A stretch of 64,000 nt of DNA from an uncultured Clostridia bacterium (GTDB lineage Bacteria > Bacillota > Clostridia > Oscillospirales > QAMX01): assembly GCA_944376195.1 (NCBI GenBank), contig CALWBW010000001.1:17043-81042 (forward strand), read 5' to 3'. A program made the translations under genes and the position numbers. The notes beneath the pieces were generated by a model. The model had not been told where the DNA came from and ran no database searches. It worked only from the letters and a program-made list of their open reading frames with translations. Within the stretch, counting starts at the first letter, position 1. Every line of letters begins with the position of its first letter. Positions 25,122 through 34,139 of the stretch are shown here, piece after piece.

Positions 25122-26360
25122 ATGGATCAGGATATAAAACTGCTACGAAAGCTTGCCGCGCAATATGCTGCCTATGCAAACAGTGATGAGAATTACCGTA
25201 AAATGGAACTTCACCGTGCTTCAAACGATATGAAAAAAGGAACGCGCCCGGTGGTGCTGCTTTCCGAAATCCCATGGCATGAATTGCAGCCTGCAGAGGA
25301 ATTGCAGCCGGTGTGCGAGGATCCGGTCCTTCGCATGGTGGAGACACAAATACGCAGGACTCTTTTCCAAAAAAAATACTTTCCCGGCGATATGGTGATA
25401 CCGCCTTTTATTGGTGTGCAAAAACAAGTTTTTACAGAAAATGACGGGTTGCAGCCGGTTTATACGGAAGTTGACAGAAAGAGCGAGAACGAGGTTCAGG
25501 CTCATCAGTATGCTACACAATTCCATACCCTTGAAGATGTTGAGAAGATTCAGTTTGAAAAAATTGTATATGACCGCCATGCGACTATGCGCCGGTATGA
25601 GCGCGTCGCGGACGCAATTGGTGATATTATTCCGGTAAAACTGGTGGGAATGTATGCCGTGATGGGCATCTCTCATACACCATGGGATCTCTTGGCGCGT
25701 TATATGAATATGGATGACCTTCTATATAATATGATCGATGAGCCGGAATTGATGCATGCGCTGGTTTCCCGTTTTACAGATGTGTTTTTGGATCGCATGC
25801 GCCAATATGAGGAATTGGGACTTTTGGAGGGTGATTCTTACGATCTTCACTGTACGCCGGCGTTGACAAATGATTTGCATCCGGAAAGAGAGCATGTAAA
25901 ACTGAATCAGGTATGGGGACGTGGTGCGGCGCAGATTTTGGGCGTTGTTTCTCCGGAAATGCATGATGAATTTGATATTACCTATCAGATACGTGCTATG
26001 GAGCCTTTTGGATTGGTTTACTATGGATGTTGTGAGCCTTTAGATCGAAAAATCCATATTGTAGAGAAAATACCGCATTTAAGAAAAATTGGAGTTACGC
26101 CATGGGCGGATGCCAATATGGCGATTGAGGCGATTAACGGTCGTTTTGTTGTGTCCGCAAAAGCAAATCCCGGCCTTGTGGCTTTGCCGTCTTTGGATCT
26201 TGATGCAATTGAAAAAGAAATCAAAACAATTGTGGATGCCTGTTATCGGTATGATTGCACCTGCGACCTGGTTTTAAAAGATATTACAACTGTTTGCGGA
26301 CGGACGGAGAACCTCATGGAATGGGAACGTCTGGCAATGAAACTTGTCCAGTGTCATTGA
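25122..26360 (+). CDS. Conserved hypothetical protein, possibly a URO-D-like TIM-barrel
   Basis: 412-aa ORF with a strong promoter and RBS. The function guess is weak and rests on general resemblance only. Confidence 0.3.
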   Translation: MDQDIKLLRKLAAQYAAYANSDENYRKMELHRASNDMKKGTRPVVLLSEIPWHELQPAEELQPVCEDPVLRMVETQIRRTLFQKKYFPGDMVIPPFIGVQKQVFTENDGLQPVYTEVDRKSENEVQAHQYATQFHTLEDVEKIQFEKIVYDRHATMRRYERVADAIGDIIPVKLVGMYAVMGISHTPWDLLARYMNMDDLLYNMIDEPELMHALVSRFTDVFLDRMRQYEELGLLEGDSYDLHCTPALTNDLHPEREHVKLNQVWGRGAAQILGVVSPEMHDEFDITYQIRAMEPFGLVYYGCCEPLDRKIHIVEKIPHLRKIGVTPWADANMAIEAINGRFVVSAKANPGLVALPSLDLDAIEKEIKTIVDACYRYDCTCDLVLKDITTVCGRTENLMEWERLAMKLVQCH

Positions 26361-26371
26361 GTAAAAAATGA

Positions 26372-26400
26372 TTGTGTTAGCTGTGATTTTGGTGTATAAT
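26372..26400 (+). promoter_or_regulatory. Candidate promoter for the MinD-like / mgsA / hisS / aspS run
   Basis: TTGTGT (26372-26377), 17 nt, TATAAT (26395-26400). Confidence 0.45.
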
Positions 26401-26435
26401 AATCATCGGAAGATTTTGTGACCGGAGGTGGGCCA

Positions 26436-27185
26436 TTGACACAGACAATCGTTGTGGCCTCCGGAAAAGGCGGAACGGGAAAAACCTCCATAACAGCCGG
26501 AGTGGGATGTGCGTTGGCGGAATTGGGACGTCGATGCCTGTTGATTGACGCCGACGTCGGGATGCAGAGCCTGGATATGGCGCTCGGCGTACATAATTAC
26601 GCGGCGTTTGATTTCTCCGATGCGGCGCGAGGGAATATTGCGCTGGCGGACGCGGCAGTTCCACTGGCGGATTTTCCACAGGCGTCCGTGTTGGCGGCGC
26701 CTCCCGATCTGGAGGAAGTAGGAACGAATGCGCTGCGTACGATCACACATAACATTCGGGAAATGGATCTTTATGATTTTGTGTTGATCGATGCGCCTGC
26801 GGGTCTTGGAGAAGTATTCCGGATGGCAGCTTGTGCCGCAGATGCGGGAGTGATTGTTGCTACGGCCGACCCGATTTGCCTGCGCGGGGCCGAGAGAACT
26901 GCGCAGGAATTGATGTCCTGCGGCGTGGCAAATCTTCGTCTGGTGGTAAATCGTGTCCGTCCGGGCCTTATGGATCGTGGCCTGCCCAATATTGATGACG
27001 CCATTGATTCCTCCGGTGTACAGCTTTTGGGATATGTGCCGGAAGATGAGTCCGTCATTGTATCAGCGGCCTATGGTGTTCCGTCGCTTTTGACGCCGCG
27101 GAGCCGCGCGGCGCGCGCGTACCGCAATATCGCGAAACGGTTAGTAGGGGAACAGGCGCCGGTTTTAAAATTAGGGCGCCGATAG
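26436..27185 (+). CDS. MinD/ParA-family P-loop ATPase
   Basis: Deviant Walker A VASGKGGTGKTS, then LLIDADVGMQSLD and LIDAPAG. The likely start is the TTG at 26436, 6 nt after GGAGGT; the track start is a GTG at 26418. The protein ends at ...RLVGEQAPVLKLGRR. Confidence 0.8.
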   Translation: MTQTIVVASGKGGTGKTSITAGVGCALAELGRRCLLIDADVGMQSLDMALGVHNYAAFDFSDAARGNIALADAAVPLADFPQASVLAAPPDLEEVGTNALRTITHNIREMDLYDFVLIDAPAGLGEVFRMAACAADAGVIVATADPICLRGAERTAQELMSCGVANLRLVVNRVRPGLMDRGLPNIDDAIDSSGVQLLGYVPEDESVIVSAAYGVPSLLTPRSRAARAYRNIAKRLVGEQAPVLKLGRR

Positions 27186-27209
27186 GGAAAAGGAAAGAGA
27201 GAGTGTAAT

Positions 27210-27635
27210 ATGAATATTGCCCTGATTGCACACGATAAAAAGAAAGAATTAATGGTTCAGTTTTGCATGGCTTATTGCGGTATACTCTCCAAACACAACC
27301 TGTGCGCGACGGGAACAACGGGTAAGTTGATTGCCAAGGAGACCGGACTGGATGTTGATTTGTTCCTTTCCGGAAAGCAAGGCGGCGACCAGCAGATTGG
27401 TGCGCGTGTGGCTTATAATGAAATTGATATGGTCATTTTTTTAAGGGACCCCATGACCGAGTTACAGATTGAACCGGACGTGGCGGCTATGCTTCGTCTT
27501 TGCGATCTCCATAATATTCCGATTGCCACGAATATCGCAACTGCTGAACTTTTAATCCTTGGCTTAGACAACGGTTATTTGAGTTGGCGCGATGTGGTGA
27601 ATCCGAAAAATAGTAAAAAAGGCAGAATTATTTGA
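27210..27635 (+). CDS. mgsA: Methylglyoxal synthase
   Basis: [15 protein letters not shown]..., ATGTTG, and the overall length are typical of MgsA. Confidence 0.85.
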   Translation: MNIALIAHDKKKELMVQFCMAYCGILSKHNLCATGTTGKLIAKETGLDVDLFLSGKQGGDQQIGARVAYNEIDMVIFLRDPMTELQIEPDVAAMLRLCDLHNIPIATNIATAELLILGLDNGYLSWRDVVNPKNSKKGRII

Positions 27636-27660
27636 CCTGCTTTTTGTATGAGGTAAAAAT

Positions 27661-28926
27661 ATGGCAGAAATTATAAAAGCGCCGAAGGGAACACATGATG
27701 TGCTCCCTTCGGAATCATATCGGTGGCATTATCTTGAAAAAACGCTGCGTGATGTCGCCGCGGCGTTTAATTTCCGCGAGATTCGTTTTCCCGCGTTTGA
27801 GCATACAGAGTTGTTTATCCGTGGCGTTGGGGATACGACGGATGTTGTCCAAAAGGAAATGTATACCTTTGAGGATAAAGGCGGGCGGTCTATCACGCTG
27901 CGGCCGGAAGGAACGGCGTCTGTGGTGCGTGCGTTGATTGAAAGCGGTGCGATTACCGGTGCGCTGCCTGTAAAATGTTATTATATCGCGCCGAATTTCC
28001 GTTATGAAAAGCCGCAGGCGGGGCGTCTTCGCCAGCACCATCAGTTTGGCGTGGAGTGTTTTGGCAGTCCCTATCCGGAGGCGGACGCGGAAGTGATCAG
28101 TCTGGCGGATACTTACCTGCATAAGTTGGGAATTCATGATATTACGGTACACATCAACTCTATCGGTTGCCCAAATTGCCGGCCGAATTATCATGAGGCG
28201 TTGCGGGAGTATTTCCGTCCTCATCTTGCGGAATTGTGTGAGACATGTCAGGAGCGTTTTGAACGAAACCCCATGCGCTTGTTGGACTGCAAGAGTCCCA
28301 TATGCCGGGAAATTGCTAAAAATGCACCCACTACGTTAGATTATCTCTGTGATGACTGCCGGACGCATTTTAACAGAGTCTTGGAGTTGCTCGAGATAAT
28401 GGGCGTTGGCTATGAAATTGATCCGGGGATTGTACGCGGTCTTGATTATTACACCGGCCCGGTTTTTGAATTTGTATCGAATGATATTGGCGCGCAGGGA
28501 ACGGTGTGCGGCGGCGGCCGGTATAATGGACTGGTTGAGCAGTTGGGCGGGAAACCAACGCCTGCATTGGGGTTTGGCTCAGGTCTGGAACGGCTTTTGC
28601 TGGTGATGGAGGCCTTGGGCGTGGACATACCCTGTGAAGATGTTTGTGATGTGTATCTGGCTCCTGTTGGAGAAAAAGCTTCCAATGCGGCGCAGAAATT
28701 GACTTTGCAGCTTCGCCGCGCAGGGATTGCTGCCGAACGTGATCTTTGTGCCCGGTCTGTGAAAGCACAGATGAAATATGCGGATAAGCTGGGCGCGCGC
28801 TATACGGCTGTGATTGGCGACGATGAAATTTCCAGCGGTATGATCCGCCTTCGCGATATGAAGACGGGCGAACAGCGGGATTGTCTGCTTTCCGCAGATT
28901 CGATTGCCGCGGCAATCGGCAAATGA
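27661..28926 (+). CDS. hisS: Histidine--tRNA ligase
   Basis: 421 aa. PKGTHDVLP, LRPEGTASVVR, FRYEKPQAGRLRQHHQFGVE and GGGRYNGL. Confidence 0.95.
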   Translation: MAEIIKAPKGTHDVLPSESYRWHYLEKTLRDVAAAFNFREIRFPAFEHTELFIRGVGDTTDVVQKEMYTFEDKGGRSITLRPEGTASVVRALIESGAITGALPVKCYYIAPNFRYEKPQAGRLRQHHQFGVECFGSPYPEADAEVISLADTYLHKLGIHDITVHINSIGCPNCRPNYHEALREYFRPHLAELCETCQERFERNPMRLLDCKSPICREIAKNAPTTLDYLCDDCRTHFNRVLELLEIMGVGYEIDPGIVRGLDYYTGPVFEFVSNDIGAQGTVCGGGRYNGLVEQLGGKPTPALGFGSGLERLLLVMEALGVDIPCEDVCDVYLAPVGEKASNAAQKLTLQLRRAGIAAERDLCARSVKAQMKYADKLGARYTAVIGDDEISSGMIRLRDMKTGEQRDCLLSADSIAAAIGK

Positions 28927-28965
28927 GTGAAGAATAAAATACACAGAAAGAAGGATTACCGGGAT

Positions 28966-30747
28966 ATGTTCCAGTCACGTACCAATACCTGTGGAGAATT
29001 GCGCCTTGCCGACGTCGGAAAAAGGGTGACGCTTGTCGGATGGTTGGATAGTATCCGCGAAGTTTCCGCGAATTTAATCTTTGTTGTGCTCCGTGATTTT
29101 TATGGGACAACACAGATTGTGGCGGATTGTGAAGAAATGATCCGGCAATTGAAGGAAATCACGCGGGAATCGACTATCCAGGTAACCGGCGTGGTGCGGG
29201 AGAGATCCAGCCGCAATCCGAAGCAGGATACCGGTGATATAGAATTGGTGCCGGAGCGGGTCAGCGTACTGGGCCGCTGCCGTTATCATGAGTTGCCGTT
29301 TCAGGTGAACCGCAGCCGGGAGGCTGATGAGGCGGTTCGCTTAAAATATCGTTTTTTGGATTTGCGCAACCCGGAGGTAAAGCGCAATATGGTTTTGCGC
29401 AGTAATGTCGTTGCTGCGCTGCGGGCCAGCATGATCGAGCATGGATTTTTGGAAATTACAACGCCGATCCTGACTGCCTCTTCGCCGGAGGGTGCGCGCG
29501 ACTATCTTGTCCCGGCGCGAAACCATCCGGGAAAGTTTTATGCGCTGCCGCAGGCTCCGCAACAGTTTAAACAGCTTCTGATGACGGCGGGTTTTGACCG
29601 CTATTTCCAGATTGCGCCCTGTTTCCGGGATGAGGACGCCCGTGCCGACCGTTCGCCCGGCGAGTTTTATCAGCTTGATATGGAAATGGCGTTTGCCACA
29701 CAGGAAGATGTTTTTGCTGTGATTGAGGATGTCCTTCCGCCTGTTTTTGAAAAATACGGCGCATATCATCGCGCTTCTTCCGCGCCTTTTGTACGCATTC
29801 CCTATCGGGAAGCCATGGACAAGTATGGCTCTGATAAACCGGATTTGCGTATTGACTTGACTGTTTCCGATGCAACGGACTTGCTTGCCGGCTGCGGGTT
29901 TGAACCATTTGCCGAGGGAAATCGGATAAAGGCTGTGGTGGTTTCTGGTTTTAAAGAAACCAGAAAATTTATTGATAAAGTCTGTGCCGACGTGGAAGTG
30001 CAGGCAGGAAGCAAAATGTACTGGTTCCGCATGGACGAAAACGGCGAGTTTGTCGGTGGAATTTCCAAATTCCTCTCGGACCGTCATGACGCGGTAATTA
30101 CTGCATTGCAGCTGACGCCGGGCTGTTTTGTCGGGCTTTCTGCCGGTACGCTGGATGCTGCCAGAAAAACGGCTGGCGTAATGGTTAAAACGCTTGGCGC
30201 ACGTGTACCGGGTCATATGGATCCGGAGCAGTATGCGTTCTGCTGGATTGTGGATTTCCCGATGTATGAGGTGGGTGAGGAATCCGGGGAATTGGAATTC
30301 TGCCATAATCCGTTCTCCATGCCTTCCGGAGGTTTGGCAGTCCTGGAAGCGGCCGAACGCGGAGAAGTGGATCCTTTGACGATTACTGCCGATCAGTATG
30401 ATCTTGTCTGCAATGGTGTGGAACTCTCCTCCGGTGCGGTTCGAAATCATGATCCGGACATCATGGTGAAGGCATTTGAATTGGTGCGTCTGGGTGAAGC
30501 GGATGTCAAGGCGAAATTCCCGGCCATGTATAATGCCTTCTGTTATGGCGCGCCGCCTCACGCTGGGATCGCGCCGGGTGTCGACCGTATGGTCATGCTT
30601 CTGGCAGGGGAAGAATCAATTCGTGAAATTATTCCGTTCCCGATGAATAAGAACGCGCAGGATCTGATGATGGATGCACCGAGTGAAGTAACGCAGCGTC
30701 AGCTTGATGAACTGCATATTCAATTGCATCTTCCCAAAAAGGAATGA
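28966..30747 (+). CDS. aspS: Aspartate--tRNA ligase (bacterial type)
   Basis: The OB-fold N-terminus is RTNTCGELRLADVGKRVTLVGW. Class II motifs are FYQLDMEMAF and GAPPHAGIAPGVDR. The start at 28966 (ATG) is preferred over the GTG at 28927, but the choice is uncertain. Confidence 0.9.
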   Translation: MFQSRTNTCGELRLADVGKRVTLVGWLDSIREVSANLIFVVLRDFYGTTQIVADCEEMIRQLKEITRESTIQVTGVVRERSSRNPKQDTGDIELVPERVSVLGRCRYHELPFQVNRSREADEAVRLKYRFLDLRNPEVKRNMVLRSNVVAALRASMIEHGFLEITTPILTASSPEGARDYLVPARNHPGKFYALPQAPQQFKQLLMTAGFDRYFQIAPCFRDEDARADRSPGEFYQLDMEMAFATQEDVFAVIEDVLPPVFEKYGAYHRASSAPFVRIPYREAMDKYGSDKPDLRIDLTVSDATDLLAGCGFEPFAEGNRIKAVVVSGFKETRKFIDKVCADVEVQAGSKMYWFRMDENGEFVGGISKFLSDRHDAVITALQLTPGCFVGLSAGTLDAARKTAGVMVKTLGARVPGHMDPEQYAFCWIVDFPMYEVGEESGELEFCHNPFSMPSGGLAVLEAAERGEVDPLTITADQYDLVCNGVELSSGAVRNHDPDIMVKAFELVRLGEADVKAKFPAMYNAFCYGAPPHAGIAPGVDRMVMLLAGEESIREIIPFPMNKNAQDLMMDAPSEVTQRQLDELHIQLHLPKKE

Positions 30748-30750
30748 TTT

Positions 30751-31596
30751 ATGAAAAAGGGATTCAAAGAGATCCTTCCGGCGGTATTTGTTGTTTTTGC
30801 AGGAATTGCCGGCGGTGTCCTGCGGGGGATGGAATTAACGGGATGTTACGATGACAGCACCGGATTATACACGGTTGCTCCGGTCACATATGTCCTGGTG
30901 GGCATGTCTGTACTTGTTATTGCATTTTGCCTGTTTGTGGCACTGTGGAAAGGGCCGGACAGCCGCGGTTATTTGGAAATTTACCGCTGTGGGGTGCCGG
31001 GCGCGATGCTCTGCATGCTTTCCGGCGTTGTCATGTTGGCGGCTGGACTGATGCGTACGATTTCGTTTCAGACGGATGGGAAGTATTCCAGTCTATTGTT
31101 TGGTGTACTGACACTGCTTTGCGGTGTTTCTCTTATTGCGCTTGCGGCGGCGAGAAAACAGGAGAAATTGCCGGACATGACGGGGTTGGGCGCGGTTGTG
31201 ACCGTGTTCTGGGGCTGTTTTATGCTTGTTCAGGTTTTTATGGAACATCCTGTGGAACCTGTTGTCCTGTTGTATGCTTATGACTTGCTTGCCATGTGTT
31301 TTTCCCTGCTGTCCATTTATAGCGCGGCAGGACAGATATTCGGACGTACGCATGTGCGTGTGGCCTTGTTTTCTTCGCTTGGGGCAGTGTTTTTATTGTT
31401 GGTAAGCGGACTTGGACGCTTGATGACGTTTTATATTACTGGAAGCACGCACTTTATCATGCAGGCGGACTTTCGTCTGATCGTATATGCTGCGTTATGT
31501 CTCTATTGCCTCTCCAACGCTGCCTCTGTATTGTGGAACGGGGGAACAGCACAGAAAAAGGATGGATTACAGCAAGATGATATTTCAAAATTGTAA
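30751..31596 (+). CDS. Multi-pass integral membrane protein, unknown function
   Basis: 281 aa with about 7-8 hydrophobic spans. It starts 3 nt after aspS. Confidence 0.55.
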   Translation: MKKGFKEILPAVFVVFAGIAGGVLRGMELTGCYDDSTGLYTVAPVTYVLVGMSVLVIAFCLFVALWKGPDSRGYLEIYRCGVPGAMLCMLSGVVMLAAGLMRTISFQTDGKYSSLLFGVLTLLCGVSLIALAAARKQEKLPDMTGLGAVVTVFWGCFMLVQVFMEHPVEPVVLLYAYDLLAMCFSLLSIYSAAGQIFGRTHVRVALFSSLGAVFLLLVSGLGRLMTFYITGSTHFIMQADFRLIVYAALCLYCLSNAASVLWNGGTAQKKDGLQQDDISKL

Positions 31597-32281
31597 GGCC
31601 GTTCTTTTTGATCTGGATAACACGTTGATCGTGCGCCGGTTGGCACTCCAAAAGCTTTCTTATTATGTAAACCGCTTTTATTTTTCAGATCGTACCGCGG
31701 AAGAACAGCAATCGATTGCCAATATTTTTGGGGAATGCTTTGAAAGCGGATACGCAGATTTACGCGAGTGCTTTGCGGTATTCCAGCAACGTACCGGATG
31801 GACCCATCAGGCAGGTTACCGGGATTTTAAGACAATGTGGGATTTTTATTATCCCTATTGTACCTGCCGAGAGCCTGATGCCGCCTGTGTTTTGGAACTT
31901 CCTCGGAAGGGATACCGGATTGCTGTTTTAACGAACGGAACGCCGGTATTACAACAGGGAAAAGTAGACGTGGCAGGTTTTCGGGATTGGTTTGAGTTCG
32001 TGATTGCGACCGGAGAAATCGGTCCGGATAAGCCGGATCCCTTTCCGTTTCGGTATGTAGCAGATAAAATGGGGCTTGTGCCGGAAGAGATCGTTTATGT
32101 GGGGGATTATCCGCCAAACGATATTGAGGCGCCGCGCCGTGTGGGGATGCATACAGTCTGGTTTTCTGCCTATGCTACCTGGGACGATCGGTTTGCAAGG
32201 GCGGATGCGGAAATTGCTTCGTTGAAGGAACTTCCACTCCTTTTTCCGGATTTGCATGCGGATGTTTTTGCCAATAGATAG
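31562..32281 (+). CDS. HAD-superfamily hydrolase (subfamily IA-like)
   Basis: The motifs are AVLFDLDNTLI, LTNGT and YVGDYPPNDI. The start at 31562 or 31577 is uncertain; the track start at 31487 was rejected because it overlaps heavily. Confidence 0.75.
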   Translation: MDYSKMIFQNCKAVLFDLDNTLIVRRLALQKLSYYVNRFYFSDRTAEEQQSIANIFGECFESGYADLRECFAVFQQRTGWTHQAGYRDFKTMWDFYYPYCTCREPDAACVLELPRKGYRIAVLTNGTPVLQQGKVDVAGFRDWFEFVIATGEIGPDKPDPFPFRYVADKMGLVPEEIVYVGDYPPNDIEAPRRVGMHTVWFSAYATWDDRFARADAEIASLKELPLLFPDLHADVFANR

Positions 32282-32301
32282 GGTTTTGTGAGGAATCAGT
32301 A

Positions 32302-32332
32302 AGCGCCTGTGCGAAAAGCACAGGCGCTTTTG
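32302..32332 (+). terminator. Rho-independent terminator
   Basis: AGCGCCTGTGC / GCACAGGCGCT 11-bp stem with a GAAA loop, followed by TTTTG. Confidence 0.8.
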
Positions 32333-32833
32333 CGTTGTGATTCAATATTTTTGATCATGTGCTTAAAACCATTTTCTGCGCCAAAAAACTCTCTATTCCG
32401 CCTAAATATCCCCTGTCGTCCCTGAGGAGGGCCTGATCACCGTATTGAAAAGAACGTTAATTTGAACCAGTCAAAGGAAATCTATTTTTCTATAATTATT
32501 CCAAGTTGACAGGCTTTTTGTTTCCCACAATCCAAAAAAGTAAAGAGCGTGAAACTGTAATTGCAAATTTTTTGTAAAAACAAGTATTTTAGTAAAAGAG
32601 AATAATTTTTTTGAAATCCAAATTCGTCTAATAGATAAAAATGAGATGTGTTTTCTTTCTGCTCACTCAATATGGAAGAGTATGTTCTTTTTTGCGTAAA
32701 ATTTTGCTTCCGTTTACTTCACAGCAAATCCGCCATTTTTCCCAGAAATACAGCTGCGCCAAGGTCTTCCTTTTTGCCAATTGATGAAAATTGCACAGGC
32801 ATGCAGAAGGCAGTTTCTTTTTTCAAGGGTTCG

Positions 32834-32842
32834 TGCTATACT
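32834..32842 (+). promoter_or_regulatory. Candidate extended -10 promoter element for lrgAB-like genes
   Basis: TGcTATACT at 32834-32842, about 45 nt before the lrgA-like ATG. The -35 (TTTCTT) is weak. Confidence 0.35.
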
Positions 32843-32886
32843 GTGCCCTGAATAATAGAGATGGTGATTAGGAAAGGGAGAAATTT

Positions 32887-33249
32887 ATGGAGTACGTATT
32901 CCAATTTGGTGTGATCTTGTTGGTGACTTTTGCCGGTGAGATTTTTCACGCGTTGATTCCGTTACCGATTCCGGCGGGAATCTACGGCTTGGTGCTCATG
33001 TTTGTATGCTTGAAAACAGGGCTGATTCCGTTAGAAAAAATACGGAAATCCGCAAACTTTTTGTTGGACGCGATGCCGGTAATGTTCATTGGCCCCTGCG
33101 TTGGTTTTATGGATATTTATCGAGAGCAGGGGTTTGCGATTTTATATATCGCTTTGATTTCGATTGTCACGACGGTGCTTGTTCTGGCGGTGACCGGATG
33201 GTCTGCGCAGTTGATGATTTGGCGGAAGAGAGGCGGAAAACGTGGCTGA
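32887..33249 (+). CDS. lrgA: CidA/LrgA-family holin-like membrane protein
   Basis: 120 aa with four hydrophobic spans. The motifs are FAGEIFHALIPLPIPAGIYGLVLMF and a basic C-terminus. GGAAAGGGAG lies upstream. Confidence 0.8.
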   Translation: MEYVFQFGVILLVTFAGEIFHALIPLPIPAGIYGLVLMFVCLKTGLIPLEKIRKSANFLLDAMPVMFIGPCVGFMDIYREQGFAILYIALISIVTTVLVLAVTGWSAQLMIWRKRGGKRG

Positions 33250-33934
33250 GTTTTTTGAAGAAAGCGTTTTTTTCGGCGCGGTAATCAGTGTCTTGGCCTA
33301 TTGGCTTGGTACGGTGATCCAGAAAAAGTGGAAATATGCAATTTTTAACCCTATGCTGATTGCCATTGTTGTTATTATCCTCGTCCTGACTGTTATGGGG
33401 ATCGATTATGAGGTATATAATAAAGGCGCGGATTACATTACATATTTTTTAACACCGGCAACGGTCTGTTTCGCAATTCCACTCTATGAACAGTATGAAC
33501 GTTTGAAGAAAAACTGGAAGGCCATTTTTGTGGGTGCTTTTTGCGGTGTGTTGGCAAGTCTCTCTTCTATTCTCTTGCTCTCCATGCTCTTTGGCTTGAC
33601 GCAGGAACAGTATATTTCCATGCTGCCGAAATCTATAACGACAGCAATTGGCATTGCACTTTCAGGAGAGTTGGGAGGTATCCCAACTTTGACAGTTGCT
33701 GCAATCATGGTGACAGGCATTTTTGGAAATATTTGCGCACGTTCACTTTGCCGGTTGTTCCGTCTAAAAGAACCTGCGGCGGTAGGATTGGCAATCGGTG
33801 CGGCGGCTCATGCGATTGGAACTGTAAGAGCGCGGGAAATCGGCGAGGAAGAAGGCGCAATCAGCAGCCTGGCAATTGTAGTTTGCGGGTTGTTCACCGT
33901 GTTGGCCGCCTCCATTTTTGCAGGGCTGTATTAA
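33242..33934 (+). CDS. lrgB: CidB/LrgB-family membrane protein
   Basis: GTG start overlapping lrgA by 8 nt. 230 aa. The motifs are LPKSITTAIGIALSGELGG and AIGAAAHAIGT. Confidence 0.8.
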   Translation: MAEFFEESVFFGAVISVLAYWLGTVIQKKWKYAIFNPMLIAIVVIILVLTVMGIDYEVYNKGADYITYFLTPATVCFAIPLYEQYERLKKNWKAIFVGAFCGVLASLSSILLLSMLFGLTQEQYISMLPKSITTAIGIALSGELGGIPTLTVAAIMVTGIFGNICARSLCRLFRLKEPAAVGLAIGAAAHAIGTVRAREIGEEEGAISSLAIVVCGLFTVLAASIFAGLY

Positions 33935-34028
33935 AATTGGAAAATCCAAATAATACAAAAAATGGATTTTTTACGGCGACTTTTTTCGCCACCCGGGTGC
34001 GTGTCAAAAGTCGTCAAAATCTTGATTT

Positions 34029-34058
34029 TTGACTTGCAAATTTGTTGGATTCTAATAT
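34029..34058 (+). promoter_or_regulatory. Candidate promoter for the SGNH hydrolase / DUF4358 pair
   Basis: TTGACT (34029-34034), 18 nt, TAATAT (34053-34058). Confidence 0.45.
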
Positions 34059-34139
34059 AATAAATAATGTACTATGTAAACTAGTGTTTTGTAAACACGA
34101 AGACGAAACGCGCGCGATGAGAAACGGAGATTTGACCTG

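Noticed and set aside
29341-30561. 406-aa minus-strand ORF
   Set aside because: It is antisense to aspS, which has class II synthetase motifs on the + strand. Its composition is Arg-rich and repetitive, and it has no start context.
32482-32670. 62-aa minus-strand ORF in the AT-rich gap upstream of lrgA
   Set aside because: Its composition is low-complexity and rich in Phe, Leu and Lys, driven by AT-rich DNA. It has no RBS or promoter and no recognisable motif.
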